Of a DNA stretch of 32,988 bases, positions 1-9,358 are shown piece after piece (the stretch's first letter is position 1; every line of letters starts with the position of its first letter). A model generated the notes under the pieces. That model was not told the DNA's origin. It did not search any database and worked only from the letters and a program-made list of their open reading frames with translations. The DNA is from Pseudomonadota bacterium (GTDB lineage Bacteria > Pseudomonadota > Alphaproteobacteria > Rhizobiales > Kaistiaceae), in the NCBI GenBank assembly GCA_023392225.1, contig JAEVZM010000364.1:1-32988 (forward strand), written 5' to 3'. The translations under genes were made by a program, and so were the position numbers.

Positions 1-2
1 AA

Positions 3-260
3 ATGGCGGACCGCGCACAAAATCTCCAGGACACCTTCCTGAACTACGTTCGGAAGAACAAGACACCCCTGCCGAGCTTCCTCGTGACTGGCGTGAAGCT
101 CCAGGGCATCGTCACCTGGTTCGACAACTTCTGCGTCCTGCTGCGGCGGGACGGGCACTCGCAATTGGTCTACAAGCACGCCATATCCACCATCATGCCA
201 GGCGCGCCGCTGCAGCTGTTCGAGCCGCAGGAGGACGCTGCGGTCCGGGAGTCCGATTGA
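3..260 (+). CDS. hfq: RNA chaperone Hfq
   Basis: [29 protein letters not shown]m motifs; directly upstream of hflX. Three atypical residues (see findings). Confidence 0.97.
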   Translation: MADRAQNLQDTFLNYVRKNKTPLPSFLVTGVKLQGIVTWFDNFCVLLRRDGHSQLVYKHAISTIMPGAPLQLFEPQEDAAVRESD

Positions 261-1663
261 GCGAGACAGAGCAAGATACAGTCGACCAATTCGAGGGGTC
301 CCGGAGTCCGGTTGCGGACCGGGCCCTTGTACTCGTGCCTCTGTCGCGCGGACGCCGCGCGGAGGAGGGCGCGGCCGACCGGGACAGCGAGGCGCGGGTC
401 GAGGAAGCCGCGGGCCTGGCGCGAGCGATCGAGCTGGACGTGGTCGACGCTGTCGCAGTTCCGTTGTCGACCTACAGGCCCGCGACCCTGTTCGGCGCCG
501 GCAAGGTCGATGAACTCGCGCCGCTCATCGCGCATGACCGCATCGGGCTGGTGGTCGTCGACCATACGCTGACCCCGGTGCAGCAGCGCAATCTCGAGAA
601 GGCCTGGAAGGCCAAGGTCATCGACCGGACCGGCCTGATCCTGGAGATTTTCGGCGAGCGCGCGCAGACGCGCGAAGGCCGGCTCCAGGTCGAGCTGGCG
701 CATCTGACGTACCAGAAGAGCCGGCTGGTGCGCAGCTGGACCCATCTCGAGCGCCAGCGCGGCGGCTTCGGCTTCCTCGGCGGACCCGGCGAAACCCAGA
801 TCGAGGCCGACCGGCGGGTGATCTCCGAGCGGATCGACAAGTTCAAGATGGAGCTTCAGACCGTCGTCACCCGGCGCCGGCTGCAGCGCCGCCGGCGCAA
901 ACGCTCCGGCTATCCGGTGGTGGCGCTGGTCGGCTACACCAATGCCGGCAAGTCGACGCTGTTCAACGCGCTGACACGCTCCGGCGTCTTTGCCGACGAC
1001 CGGCTGTTCGCGACCCTCGACCCGACGCTCCGCCGGGTCGACCTGCCGAATGGCACCGGAATCATCCTCTCCGACACCGTCGGGTTCGTCTCCGACCTGC
1101 CGACGACGCTCGTCGCGGCCTTCCGGGCGACACTCGAGGAAGTGGCCGAGGCCGACCTCATCCTCCATGTCCGGGACATCGCCCATCCCGACACCGAGGC
1201 GCAGGCCGGGGACGTCGCCGCCGTGCTCACCGAGCTCGACATCGACGTCAATGATCCGGCGCGGGTAATCGAGGTGTGGAACAAGATCGACCTCATCCCG
1301 GAGGACGAGCGGCCGCCGCGCACCATCCCGCCGCGGGCCGGGACCGGCAAGAGCGACGGCAGTCCGCTGGTGGTAACCGTGGCGGCACTGACCGGGGAGG
1401 GGCTGCCTGACCTTCTGACCGCGATCGAGGCCCGCATCGTCGAGAACGACGTGATCTTCCGGGTCGAGCTGCACGGCGACGCCGTCGCCGACCTCCATCG
1501 GCTCTACGAGATGGGCGACGTGCTCGACCGGCAGGACCGGGAGGATGGCGCCATCTTCGCCTCGGTCAGGGTTCCGGTCGAGACGCTCGACCGCTTCCGG
1601 GCGGCGTTCCCGGGCGCCCGCCGCGAGGCAGCCGCCGAGGCGCCGGCCACACAGATCGCCTAG
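257..1663 (+). CDS. hflX: Ribosome rescue GTPase HflX
   Basis: [21 protein letters not shown] and NKID GTPase motifs; [11 protein letters not shown] start overlapping the hfq stop (TTGA). Confidence 0.97.
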   Translation: MSETEQDTVDQFEGSRSPVADRALVLVPLSRGRRAEEGAADRDSEARVEEAAGLARAIELDVVDAVAVPLSTYRPATLFGAGKVDELAPLIAHDRIGLVVVDHTLTPVQQRNLEKAWKAKVIDRTGLILEIFGERAQTREGRLQVELAHLTYQKSRLVRSWTHLERQRGGFGFLGGPGETQIEADRRVISERIDKFKMELQTVVTRRRLQRRRRKRSGYPVVALVGYTNAGKSTLFNALTRSGVFADDRLFATLDPTLRRVDLPNGTGIILSDTVGFVSDLPTTLVAAFRATLEEVAEADLILHVRDIAHPDTEAQAGDVAAVLTELDIDVNDPARVIEVWNKIDLIPEDERPPRTIPPRAGTGKSDGSPLVVTVAALTGEGLPDLLTAIEARIVENDVIFRVELHGDAVADLHRLYEMGDVLDRQDREDGAIFASVRVPVETLDRFRAAFPGARREAAAEAPATQIA

Positions 1664-1676
1664 GACCCGGGCTGCA

Positions 1677-2510
1677 TCAGGCCTCGGGCTCCGAGGTCTT
1701 CGCCGCCTGCCAGAGCGCTTCCATCTCGTCGAGGGACGCTTCGGCAGGGGTTCGACCTTCGGCCGCGAGGGCGGCTTCGATCGCGCCGAAGCGGCGCTCG
1801 AACTTGACGTTGGTGGTCCCGAGAGCCTGTTCGGGATCGACTCCGACGTGCCGGGCGAGGTTGACCACCGCGAACATCAGGTCGCCGACCTCGCCGGAAA
1901 GCCGCTCCGGGCCGGCTCCGGCATCGAGCTCGGCCTCGACCTCGTCGATCTCCTCGCGGAGCTTGGCGAGCACCGCGCGCGGGTCGTTCCAGTCGAAGCC
2001 GACCGTCGAGGCCTTCTCCTGGAGCTTGAGCGCACGCTGCAACGGCCCGAGCCCGCGGCCGACAGCGCCGAGCAGTCCCGAACGATCCAGCTCCGGCAGC
2101 CCGGCCGCGGCGCGCGCGGCGCGGCGCTCGGCCTTCTCCTCGGCCTTGATCTTCTCCCAGAACCCCTTGGCTGCGCCGGCGGCGCGGGCCGTCTCGTCGC
2201 CGAACACATGCGGATGGCGCCGGATCATCTTGGTGGTGATCGCCTCAACAACGTCGGGAAAGGCGAAGGCGCCGGCTTCCTCGGCCATCCGCGCGTGGTA
2301 GACGACCTGGAGAAGGAGGTCACCCAGCTCCTCGCGAAGGTCGACCATGTCGCCGCGGGCGATCGCCTCGGCGACCTCATGCGCTTCCTCGACGGTGTAG
2401 GGCGCGATCGAGGCGAAGTCCTGCTCGATGTCCCACGGGCAGCCGGTCTCGGGGTCGCGGAGCGCCGCCATGATCTCGATGAGGCGGGCAATGTCCCGGT
2501 CAGGCGTCAT
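1677..2510 (-). CDS. mazG: Nucleoside triphosphate pyrophosphohydrolase MazG
   Basis: LRDPETGCPWD, EEAHEV, EELGDLL, RRHPHVF and second-domain EVGD motifs; AAGGA RBS upstream. Confidence 0.96.
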   Translation of the reverse strand: MTPDRDIARLIEIMAALRDPETGCPWDIEQDFASIAPYTVEEAHEVAEAIARGDMVDLREELGDLLLQVVYHARMAEEAGAFAFPDVVEAITTKMIRRHPHVFGDETARAAGAAKGFWEKIKAEEKAERRAARAAAGLPELDRSGLLGAVGRGLGPLQRALKLQEKASTVGFDWNDPRAVLAKLREEIDEVEAELDAGAGPERLSGEVGDLMFAVVNLARHVGVDPEQALGTTNVKFERRFGAIEAALAAEGRTPAEASLDEMEALWQAAKTSEPEA

Positions 2511-2522
2511 GATCGTTCCTTT

Positions 2523-3007
2523 TCACGAAGCGTCGTGATGGACGCGATGCTGCACCGTGTCCGGCACATCGGCCAGCATGTCGCGCACCAGCATGTCGCG
2601 CAGCAGAGTCGGGCGCAGGTCCCAGCGCGCGAGACTGGCGGGGTCCGACAAGGCCCAGCGGAATTCGAGATCCGCCGCGCCGTCGCGACACCGATGCACC
2701 ACATCGTCCGGGCTGAACGGCAGCGGCGTCATGAGCGTCGCGTCGAAATAGAGGCCCAGCTCGTGGGCGTCGCGCGCGCCCAGGCGGAAGAAGTTCTCGA
2801 TGACGAAGCGCAAGGGGCCGATCTCGGCGTCGCAACCGAGCTCCCCGCCGCAGCTTCCCGAAGCTCGACCCGACCACCAGGAAGCGACCAGCTGTCGTCC
2901 GGGATCGCACGGTGGATGAGCACGTGACCGTGGGCACGGATGAGGGCGCAGGCCCGCAGTTGAAATCGGTGCGAACCGTCGTCGAGGACGATCATGGTCC
3001 GGTTCAA
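2523..3007 (-). pseudogene. Nudix hydrolase, frameshifted by a deletion within the Nudix box
   Basis: 5' frame reads (M)NRTMIVLDDG..FQLRACALI..WSLPGGRVELREAAA. After 2 extra nt a second frame continues ELGCDAEIGPLRFVIENFF..HELGLYF..LEFRW. The REUxE part of the motif is missing. TTG start at 3007 after GGTGAGG, or ATG at 2995. Confidence 0.85.
2573..2602. repeat. Perfect 15-bp tandem duplication (CCAGCATGTCGCGCA x2)
   Basis: Read directly at 2573-2587 and 2588-2602; gives LRDML-VRDML in the Nudix C-terminus. Confidence 0.9.
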
Positions 3008-3030
3008 GACAGCCTCACCAACGCAAGTCG

Positions 3031-3046
3031 CATAAGATATATTATG
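3031..3046. promoter_or_regulatory. AT-rich imperfect palindrome CATAAGATATATTATG, candidate operator/-10 region of the Nudix-mazG unit
   Basis: 7 of 8 positions symmetric; AT-rich patch in GC-rich DNA, about 25 bp upstream of the Nudix start. Confidence 0.4.
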
Positions 3047-3103
3047 GAACGCGACGATATGGGCGAGGCGGCTCCGGGACACTGGCCACCGGCCCAGATA
3101 CCG

Positions 3104-3901
3104 CTAGAGCGCGACGACCATGCCGTCATAAGCGGGCTCGACATTGTCCGGCAGTTCGGCGCTGAGCGCGTCGTAGTCGAGGCTGTAGTCCATGTGGGTC
3201 AGGATCGCACGGCGGACGCCGAGCCGCGCAATCCACGACAGCGTCTCCGGTACCGAGAAATGGCTGGGATGCGGCTCGTGGCGCAGTGCGTCGACGATCC
3301 ACACGTCGACGCCTTCGATCACTGCCTGAGCGGCGTCATCCAAGGCACTGACATCGCAGGAATATGCGAGGCCGCCGAAGCGGAACCCGAGCGTGCCGAT
3401 GCCACCGTGCGTCTGCTGGTATGGAAGGATCTCCATCGGGCCGCCGGCGCCGTCGATGACGATGGGCCGGTATGGCTCGATATGGTTCATCCGCAGCGTC
3501 GGCGGATAGGTGCCGCCGGGCGGCGTCTCGAAGCAGTAGCGGAAACCTTCGAGGATGCGCGCCGCGGTCGGCGTGTCCGCATAGACTTCGACCCGCCGGC
3601 GCGTCTGCATCCAGAACGCCCGAAGGTCGTCGATACCGTGCAGATGGTCGGCGTGGGCGTGGGTATAGAGGACGGCATCGATATGGTTAACGCCCGCGGC
3701 AAGCAGCTGCTCGCGCATATCCGGGCTGGTGTCGATCAGAACGGTGGTGGTGCCGCTGTCGGCGACCTGCTGGAGGAGCAGCGAGCAGCGGCTCCGCCGG
3801 TTCCTGGGCTCGGTCGGGTCGCACTTTCCCCAGTCGTTGCCGATCCGCGGCACGCCCGGCGAAGGCCCGCAGCCGAGGATCGTGACGACCTTCCGGGTCA
3901 C
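3104..3901 (-). CDS. MBL-fold metallo-hydrolase (PhnP-like phosphodiesterase family)
   Basis: ILGCGPSPGVP, LIDTSPD, THAHADHLHG (HxHxDH), ILTHM; usual position after tatD with ATGA overlap. Confidence 0.92.
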   Translation of the reverse strand: MTRKVVTILGCGPSPGVPRIGNDWGKCDPTEPRNRRSRCSLLLQQVADSGTTTVLIDTSPDMREQLLAAGVNHIDAVLYTHAHADHLHGIDDLRAFWMQTRRRVEVYADTPTAARILEGFRYCFETPPGGTYPPTLRMNHIEPYRPIVIDGAGGPMEILPYQQTHGGIGTLGFRFGGLAYSCDVSALDDAAQAVIEGVDVWIVDALRHEPHPSHFSVPETLSWIARLGVRRAILTHMDYSLDYDALSAELPDNVEPAYDGMVVAL

Positions 3902-4680
3902 GCCGGCCGCTCGGCTTTGCTGAACAGCCGGAAGAAGTTGTCGGTGGTCGCAGTGGCGAGGATGTGCGGCGCGACGCCCTTCACGTCCGCGACGACCCGC
4001 GCCGTCTCGACCACGTAGGACGGCTCGTTGCGCCGGCCGCGGTGCGGCGGCGGCGCAAGATACGGCGCATCGGTCTCGACCAGGATCCGGTCGAGCGGCA
4101 CGTCGCGGGCGATGTCGCGGATCGCGGCAGAGTTCTTGAAGGTGACGATGCCCGAGAACGAGACGTAGAGCCCGAGCGCCAGGCCGCGGCGAGCGAGATC
4201 CGCGCCGGAAGAGAAGCAGTGGAGCACGGCGGGGAAGGCGCCCTTCCCCATCTCCTCCTCGAGGATCGCCGCCATGTCGTCATCGGCGTCGCGGGCATGG
4301 ATGACGAGCGGCAGGCCGGTCTCGCGGGCCGCCGCGATGTGGCGGATGAAGGACGCCCGCTGCAGCTCGCGCGGGGCCGCGTCGTAGTGGTAGTCGAGCC
4401 CCGCCTCGCAGATCGCCACGACCTTCGGGTCGGCGGAGAGCCGCACCAGCTCCGCGGTCGGCACGTCGGGCTCCTCGCCGGCGCTGTTGGGATGCGTCCC
4501 GACCGAACACCAGACGTCCGGATAGCGCTCGACCATGGCCCGGAGCGCGGCAAAGCGCGCCACCCGGGTGGAGATGCTGACCATGGTGCCGACGCCGGCC
4601 GCCCGCGCGCGGTCGATCACCGCATCGCGGTCGTCCTCGAATTCGGGAAAGTCGAGATGGCAGTGACTGTCGACGAGCAT
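3898..4680 (-). CDS. tatD: TatD family hydrolase (YcfH-like)
   Basis: MLVDSHCHLD, GTHP, EAGLDY, IHAR, LHCF, ETDAPYL; start placed at ATG 4680. Confidence 0.94.
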   Translation of the reverse strand: MLVDSHCHLDFPEFEDDRDAVIDRARAAGVGTMVSISTRVARFAALRAMVERYPDVWCSVGTHPNSAGEEPDVPTAELVRLSADPKVVAICEAGLDYHYDAAPRELQRASFIRHIAAARETGLPLVIHARDADDDMAAILEEEMGKGAFPAVLHCFSSGADLARRGLALGLYVSFSGIVTFKNSAAIRDIARDVPLDRILVETDAPYLAPPPHRGRRNEPSYVVETARVVADVKGVAPHILATATTDNFFRLFSKAERPA

Positions 4681-4690
4681 CCTGCGTCCT

Positions 4691-6256
4691 TCAGCTCGCA
4701 GGCCTCTCGTCCGTCGCCGCGTCCTCGACATAGCGCGGGAACACTGGCACCGGCGGCGGCAGGCGCGTTCCGCCCGGAATCCGTCCCGCTGCGCCGAGGC
4801 TCGCGAAGGCCCGCGCTTCGGCGGGGACCGCGAGGATGTCGAGCAGCTTCTCCGACGACGACGGCATGACCGGCTGGGTCAGGATCGCGACCTGTCGGAT
4901 GAGGTCGGCGGTGACGTTCATCACCGTGCCGAAACGCTCCGGATCGGTCTTGCGGAGCGTCCAGGGCGCAGCGCCGGCGAAATAGCGGTTGGCCTCGGCG
5001 ACCACCGCCCAGATCGCGTTCAGCGCCTGGTGGATCTGCTGCCCGGCGAACGCCTTCCGGCATTGCTCGAGCAGCGCATCGGCCTGCGCGAGGATGCTCG
5101 CGTCCTCCGGCGCAAGCGGCCCGAGCGCCGGCAGCACGCCGTCACAGTTCTTGGCGATCATCGACAGCGAGCGCTGCGCGAGATTACCGAGGTCGTTGGC
5201 GAGGTCGGCATTGATGCGCTGGACGATGGCTTCGTGGCTGTAGTTGCCGTCCTGGCCGAACGGCACCTCGCGGAGGAAGAAGTAGCGCACCGCGTCGACG
5301 CCGTAGGCCTTGACCAGCGAGAACGGGTCGATGACGTTGCCGACCGACTTCGACATCTTCTCCCCGCGGTTGAAGACGAAGCCGTGGGCGAAGACGCGCT
5401 TCGGCAGCGCCAGCCCGGCCGACATCAGGAATGCCGGCCAGTACACCGCGTGGAAGCGGACGATGTCCTTGCCGATGACGTGGAGGTCCGCCGGCCAGTA
5501 GCGCTCGAATTTCCCTGCATCGTCGGGGAAGCCGGCACCGGTGATGTAGTTAGTGAGCGCGTCGACCCACACATACATCACGTGGCTCGGATCCTCCGGC
5601 ACCGGGATGCCCCAGTCGAAGGTGGTACGCGAGATCGAGAGGTCCCGGAGCCCGCCCTTGACGAAGCTCACCACCTCGTTGCGGCGCTCGTCGGGGCCGA
5701 TGAAGTCGGGGTTGGCCTCGTAGTGGGCGAGCAGCCGCTCCTGGTAGGCCGAGAGGCGGAAGAAGTAGCTCGCCTCCTCCACCCACTCGACCGGCGTGCC
5801 CTGCGGCCCGTAGCGGACATTGTCCGCCCGCACCTCGGTCTCGGACTCGGCGTAGTACGCCTCGTCACGGACCGAGTACCAGCCCGAATAGCTGTCGCGA
5901 TAGATGTCGCCATTGGCGGCCATGCGCCGCCAGATCTCCTCGCAGGAGCGGTAGTGCCGAGGCTCGGTGGTGCGGATGAAGTCGTCGTTCGAACAGTCGA
6001 GCGCCTCGGTCATCGCCTTGAACAGCGCGGCGTTGCGGTCGGCGAATTCCTTCGTCGACACCCCGTTCCGAGCCGCCGTCTGCTGCATCTTGAGGCCGTG
6101 CTCGTCGGTGCCGGTCAGGAACAGGACGTCGGCGCCGTCGAGCCGCTGGAAGCGGGCCAGCGCATCGGTCGCCATGTCCTCGTAGGCGTGGCCGATATGC
6201 GGGGCGCCGTTGGGATAGGAGATCGCGGTGGTGATGTAGTACTTGCGGGCACTCAT
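4691..6256 (-). CDS. metG: Methionine--tRNA ligase (short form without C-terminal dimerisation domain)
   Basis: [28 protein letters not shown] and KMSKS motifs. Confidence 0.98.
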   Translation of the reverse strand: MSARKYYITTAISYPNGAPHIGHAYEDMATDALARFQRLDGADVLFLTGTDEHGLKMQQTAARNGVSTKEFADRNAALFKAMTEALDCSNDDFIRTTEPRHYRSCEEIWRRMAANGDIYRDSYSGWYSVRDEAYYAESETEVRADNVRYGPQGTPVEWVEEASYFFRLSAYQERLLAHYEANPDFIGPDERRNEVVSFVKGGLRDLSISRTTFDWGIPVPEDPSHVMYVWVDALTNYITGAGFPDDAGKFERYWPADLHVIGKDIVRFHAVYWPAFLMSAGLALPKRVFAHGFVFNRGEKMSKSVGNVIDPFSLVKAYGVDAVRYFFLREVPFGQDGNYSHEAIVQRINADLANDLGNLAQRSLSMIAKNCDGVLPALGPLAPEDASILAQADALLEQCRKAFAGQQIHQALNAIWAVVAEANRYFAGAAPWTLRKTDPERFGTVMNVTADLIRQVAILTQPVMPSSSEKLLDILAVPAEARAFASLGAAGRIPGGTRLPPPVPVFPRYVEDAATDERPAS

Positions 6257-6325
6257 GGTGGTCTCGCCGGTGGGTCTGATGCTGCGCAGCTCAGGTCGCG
6301 GCCGGATATCGGCCGGAAGGCATCG

Positions 6326-7408
6326 TCACATTCGTGCGGCGCGGGCGAGCGACATGAGGATCGAGAGCACGACCTGCTTGCGGTCAAGATTGAGGTCCTC
6401 GGCTTCCGTCGAGGATTGCGCGACCTTGTCCCACACCTCCGCCCATCTGGCAAGCGGAACGGCCCGGAGCGCCGGCCCCGGACGGGCCTCCGCCGCAGGC
6501 TCGTCCTCGCCGCGGACCCGCCGCGCCAGCCACGCCCGCACCGTGTCGAGGAAGCCGTAATAGGCATCGTCGTCGCGGCGCCCGGAAACGCTGCTGGCGA
6601 GCTCATGCATGGCGGCGACATCGGGCTCGCCGACGCTGGCTGCGAAGCGGGCGAAGGCCCGATAGGTCTCGATGCCGTCCTCCTGAAGCAGGAGGATGGC
6701 GCGCCGGAGGCTGCCCTCGGCGAGCGCCGCGGCAAGGCGGATGTCGTCCTCGCCGGCCGAGATGCTGCCGTTGTCGCGGATGGCGGCGATGATCGCATCC
6801 GGCGTCAGCGGCGCAATATCGAGCCGCCGGCAGCGCGAGCGGATGGTCGGCAGGAGCCGTCCGGGCGTGTGGCTGATGACGAAGAACAGGGCGCGCGACG
6901 GCGGCTCCTCGAGCACCTTGAGGAGCGCATTGGCGGCGCTCGCATTCATCTCGTCTGCGGAATCGACGATGGCGATGCGCCAGCCCCCTTCCCCGCCGGT
7001 CGAGCCGAAGAAGCCGACGGTCTTGCGGATCTCGTCGACGGCGAGCTCGGTCTTGTACCGCTTGTTCTTGTCGTCCCAGGGCCGCTCCATGACGAGGAGG
7101 TTCGGATGCGCGCGCCCGGCAACACGGCGGAACGCCGGCGCATCCTCCGGAACGAACAGGTCGCGCGCCGCGCCAACCGCAGCCACGCGCGGGTCCGGGT
7201 GGGCAAGCGCGAAACGGGCGAAGCGATAGGCGAGCGTCGCCTTGCCGATGCCCTTGGTGCCGCCGATCAGCCAGGCATGGTGCATGCGGCCGCCGCGATA
7301 GGCGTCGAGCAGCGCCGCCTCGGCGGCAGGCGCGCCGTACCAGTTCGGCTGGGCCTCGGGCGGTGGCCAGCCGTCGATCGCGTCGAGCCGGAGGACGTCG
7401 TCCACCAT
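6326..7408 (-). CDS. holB: DNA polymerase III subunit delta'
   Basis: HHAWL..GIGKAT, AANALLKVLEEPP, LLPTIRSRC; lies between tmk and metG. Confidence 0.95.
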   Translation of the reverse strand: MVDDVLRLDAIDGWPPPEAQPNWYGAPAAEAALLDAYRGGRMHHAWLIGGTKGIGKATLAYRFARFALAHPDPRVAAVGAARDLFVPEDAPAFRRVAGRAHPNLLVMERPWDDKNKRYKTELAVDEIRKTVGFFGSTGGEGGWRIAIVDSADEMNASAANALLKVLEEPPSRALFFVISHTPGRLLPTIRSRCRRLDIAPLTPDAIIAAIRDNGSISAGEDDIRLAAALAEGSLRRAILLLQEDGIETYRAFARFAASVGEPDVAAMHELASSVSGRRDDDAYYGFLDTVRAWLARRVRGEDEPAAEARPGPALRAVPLARWAEVWDKVAQSSTEAEDLNLDRKQVVLSILMSLARAARM

Positions 7409-8055
7409 CAGGCCGCCGCGCGGAACAGGCGCGCCGTCACGTTGCGCCAGATGTCGTCGGCGACCTCCTTCTCGCTCCGCGTGGCATCGACCACGAGGCA
7501 GCGGCCGGGATCGGCCTCGGCCAGCGCCAGAAACGCGGCGCGGCGGCGGGCATGGGGGTCGAGCGCCTCGCTGTCGAAGCGGTCCGGCCCGGCGCCGGTC
7601 GCGGCGTGGCGCGCCTTCACCCGGGCGAGACCGACTTCGGGGGGAATGTCGAGGATGATCGTGAGATTGGGGCGCGAGTCACCAACGGCGATGCGCTCGA
7701 GGGCGGCCAGCGTCTCGGGCGGCACGCCGCCTTCGGCGCCCTGGTATACCCGGGTCGAATCGGTGAAGCGGTCGCACAGCACCCAGGCGTTTGACTCGAG
7801 CGCCGGCCGGATCACCCGCTCGACGTGATCGGCGCGCGCGGCGGCAAAGAGCAGAGCCTCAGCCTCGGTCCCCATGGCGCTTGCCGAGCCGCCGAGAATG
7901 AAGTCGCGGATCGCCTCGGCCGCCGGTGTCCCGCCAGGCTCGCGCGTCGTCACGACACGAATGCCGCACTCCGCGAGGTGTGCGGCGAGGTGGTGGATCT
8001 GGGTGGACTTCCCTGCCCCTTCCCCGCCCTCGAAAGTGATGAACTTGCCGGCCAT
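7408..8055 (-). CDS. tmk: Thymidylate kinase
   Basis: FITFEGGEGAGKST, TREPGGT, LCDRF; start placed at ATG 8055; stop overlaps the holB start (TGATG). Confidence 0.96.
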   Translation of the reverse strand: MAGKFITFEGGEGAGKSTQIHHLAAHLAECGIRVVTTREPGGTPAAEAIRDFILGGSASAMGTEAEALLFAAARADHVERVIRPALESNAWVLCDRFTDSTRVYQGAEGGVPPETLAALERIAVGDSRPNLTIILDIPPEVGLARVKARHAATGAGPDRFDSEALDPHARRRAAFLALAEADPGRCLVVDATRSEKEVADDIWRNVTARLFRAAA

Positions 8056-8083
8056 GGCCTTCGGATATAGCCCCCGTGGTGCG

Positions 8084-9274
8084 CTACCACCAGCCGAGAA
8101 GCAGCTCCTCGAGACCATCGAGGGCACGGGTCGTCAGCGAGCCGACGCCGACGTCGGCCACGGTGTAGACCGGCACACGGGCCTCCATGCCGTCGGTCGT
8201 CGACACCCGAACGTAGCCGGCCACGCGCCCGGCCGAGACCGGCGCCGGCAGGGGCCCGTCATAGACCACCTCGGCGCGCAGCGTGACGCGCCTGCTCTGC
8301 GGCATCAGAAACTCGACCGGCACCTTGCTGACCAGGCCCACCCGCGACTGGGCGCCGTTGAACACCCGCGCCTCGGCAATGACTTCCCCGGGCCCGAACA
8401 GCTCGACCCGCTGGAACTCGCGGTAGCCCCAGTCGAGCAGCTTTCGCGCCTCCTCGGCGCGGCTCTTGTCGGAGCTGGCGCCGTTGAGCGCGATGATCAG
8501 GCGCTGGCCGTCCCTGACCGTGGAGCCGGCAAGGCCGAAGCCGGATTCATCGGTCGAGCCGGTGACCAGCCCGTCGGCACCGATGTTCATCCCCAACAGA
8601 GGATTGCGGTTGAGTTGCCGGATCTTGTTCCAGGTGAACTCGGGCTCGGCGTAGATCTTGTAGAGATCGGGATACTCGCGGATCAGGTAGCCGGTAAGGG
8701 TGGCGATGTCGCGCACCGACATCACCTGGTTCGGGTCGGGCAGTCCGGTGACGTTGGTGAAGCGGGAGTTGGTCAGTCCGAGGCGCTTGGCCTCCTCGTT
8801 CATCAGCGGCACGAACGCTTCCTGCGTCCCGGCGATGCCTTCGGCCAGCACGATGCAGCCGTCGTTGGCCGACTGGATGATGACGCCGCGGATCAGGTCC
8901 TCGACCCGGATGCTCGAGCCGAGCGCGGCGAACATCGTGGTGCCGCGGGCCGGCGCGCCGCCCTGGCGCCAGGCCGTCTCGCTCACGACGAACTCGTCAT
9001 CGAGCTTGAGCCGGTCCTCGCGGAGCGCCCTGAAGACGACCGCCATGGTCATCAGCTTGGCCATGTTGGCCGGCGCCACCGCCGCGTCCGCTTCCTTTTC
9101 GAAGAGCACCGCGCCGGTATCGACGTCGACCAGGATCGCCTGGCCGGGCTTGGTCTGAAAGCCGGGATCGTCCTGCGCCAGCGCGGCGGTCGCCAAGGCC
9201 AGCAGAAGAATGAGGCTGGCGAGGATGCGGCCCGGTGCACCGCGGAACAGGATTGGTAACGTCGAGGGGATCAA
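8084..9274 (-). CDS. dacA: D-alanyl-D-alanine carboxypeptidase family protein (peptidase S11 plus C-terminal PBP5-like domain) with degenerate catalytic motifs
   Basis: Signal peptide; QAILVD..GAVLFEK; SAND; NVTGLP; NRNPLL; GADGLVTG; C-terminal amphipathic tail; rlpA-dacA-tmk synteny. SxxK reads NMAK and KTG reads VTG. Start codon uncertain. Confidence 0.9.
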   Translation of the reverse strand: MIPSTLPILFRGAPGRILASLILLLALATAALAQDDPGFQTKPGQAILVDVDTGAVLFEKEADAAVAPANMAKLMTMAVVFRALREDRLKLDDEFVVSETAWRQGGAPARGTTMFAALGSSIRVEDLIRGVIIQSANDGCIVLAEGIAGTQEAFVPLMNEEAKRLGLTNSRFTNVTGLPDPNQVMSVRDIATLTGYLIREYPDLYKIYAEPEFTWNKIRQLNRNPLLGMNIGADGLVTGSTDESGFGLAGSTVRDGQRLIIALNGASSDKSRAEEARKLLDWGYREFQRVELFGPGEVIAEARVFNGAQSRVGLVSKVPVEFLMPQSRRVTLRAEVVYDGPLPAPVSAGRVAGYVRVSTTDGMEARVPVYTVADVGVGSLTTRALDGLEELLLGWW

Positions 9275-9358
9275 TTCAGGCTCCGGCCACCAGTCTTCCC
9301 CGGCTTGTCTCCGGTGATCATGGCAAGAACACGGGGGCCGCTCGAGGCGGCCTGCGCG

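Noticed and set aside
2729..3082. 117-aa ORF (and the 96-aa ORF at 2523-2813) as separate genes or a programmed frameshift
   Set aside because: They are two halves of one Nudix gene. Catalytic residues are physically missing and no slippery run is visible, so recoding could not restore function.
4691..7408. MetG and HolB lacking Zn-binding cysteine clusters, and MetG lacking a C-terminal domain
   Set aside because: Normal for alphaproteobacterial orthologues.
5030..7828. 932-aa plus-strand ORF
   Set aside because: Antisense shadow of metG, holB and tmk; no family signature.
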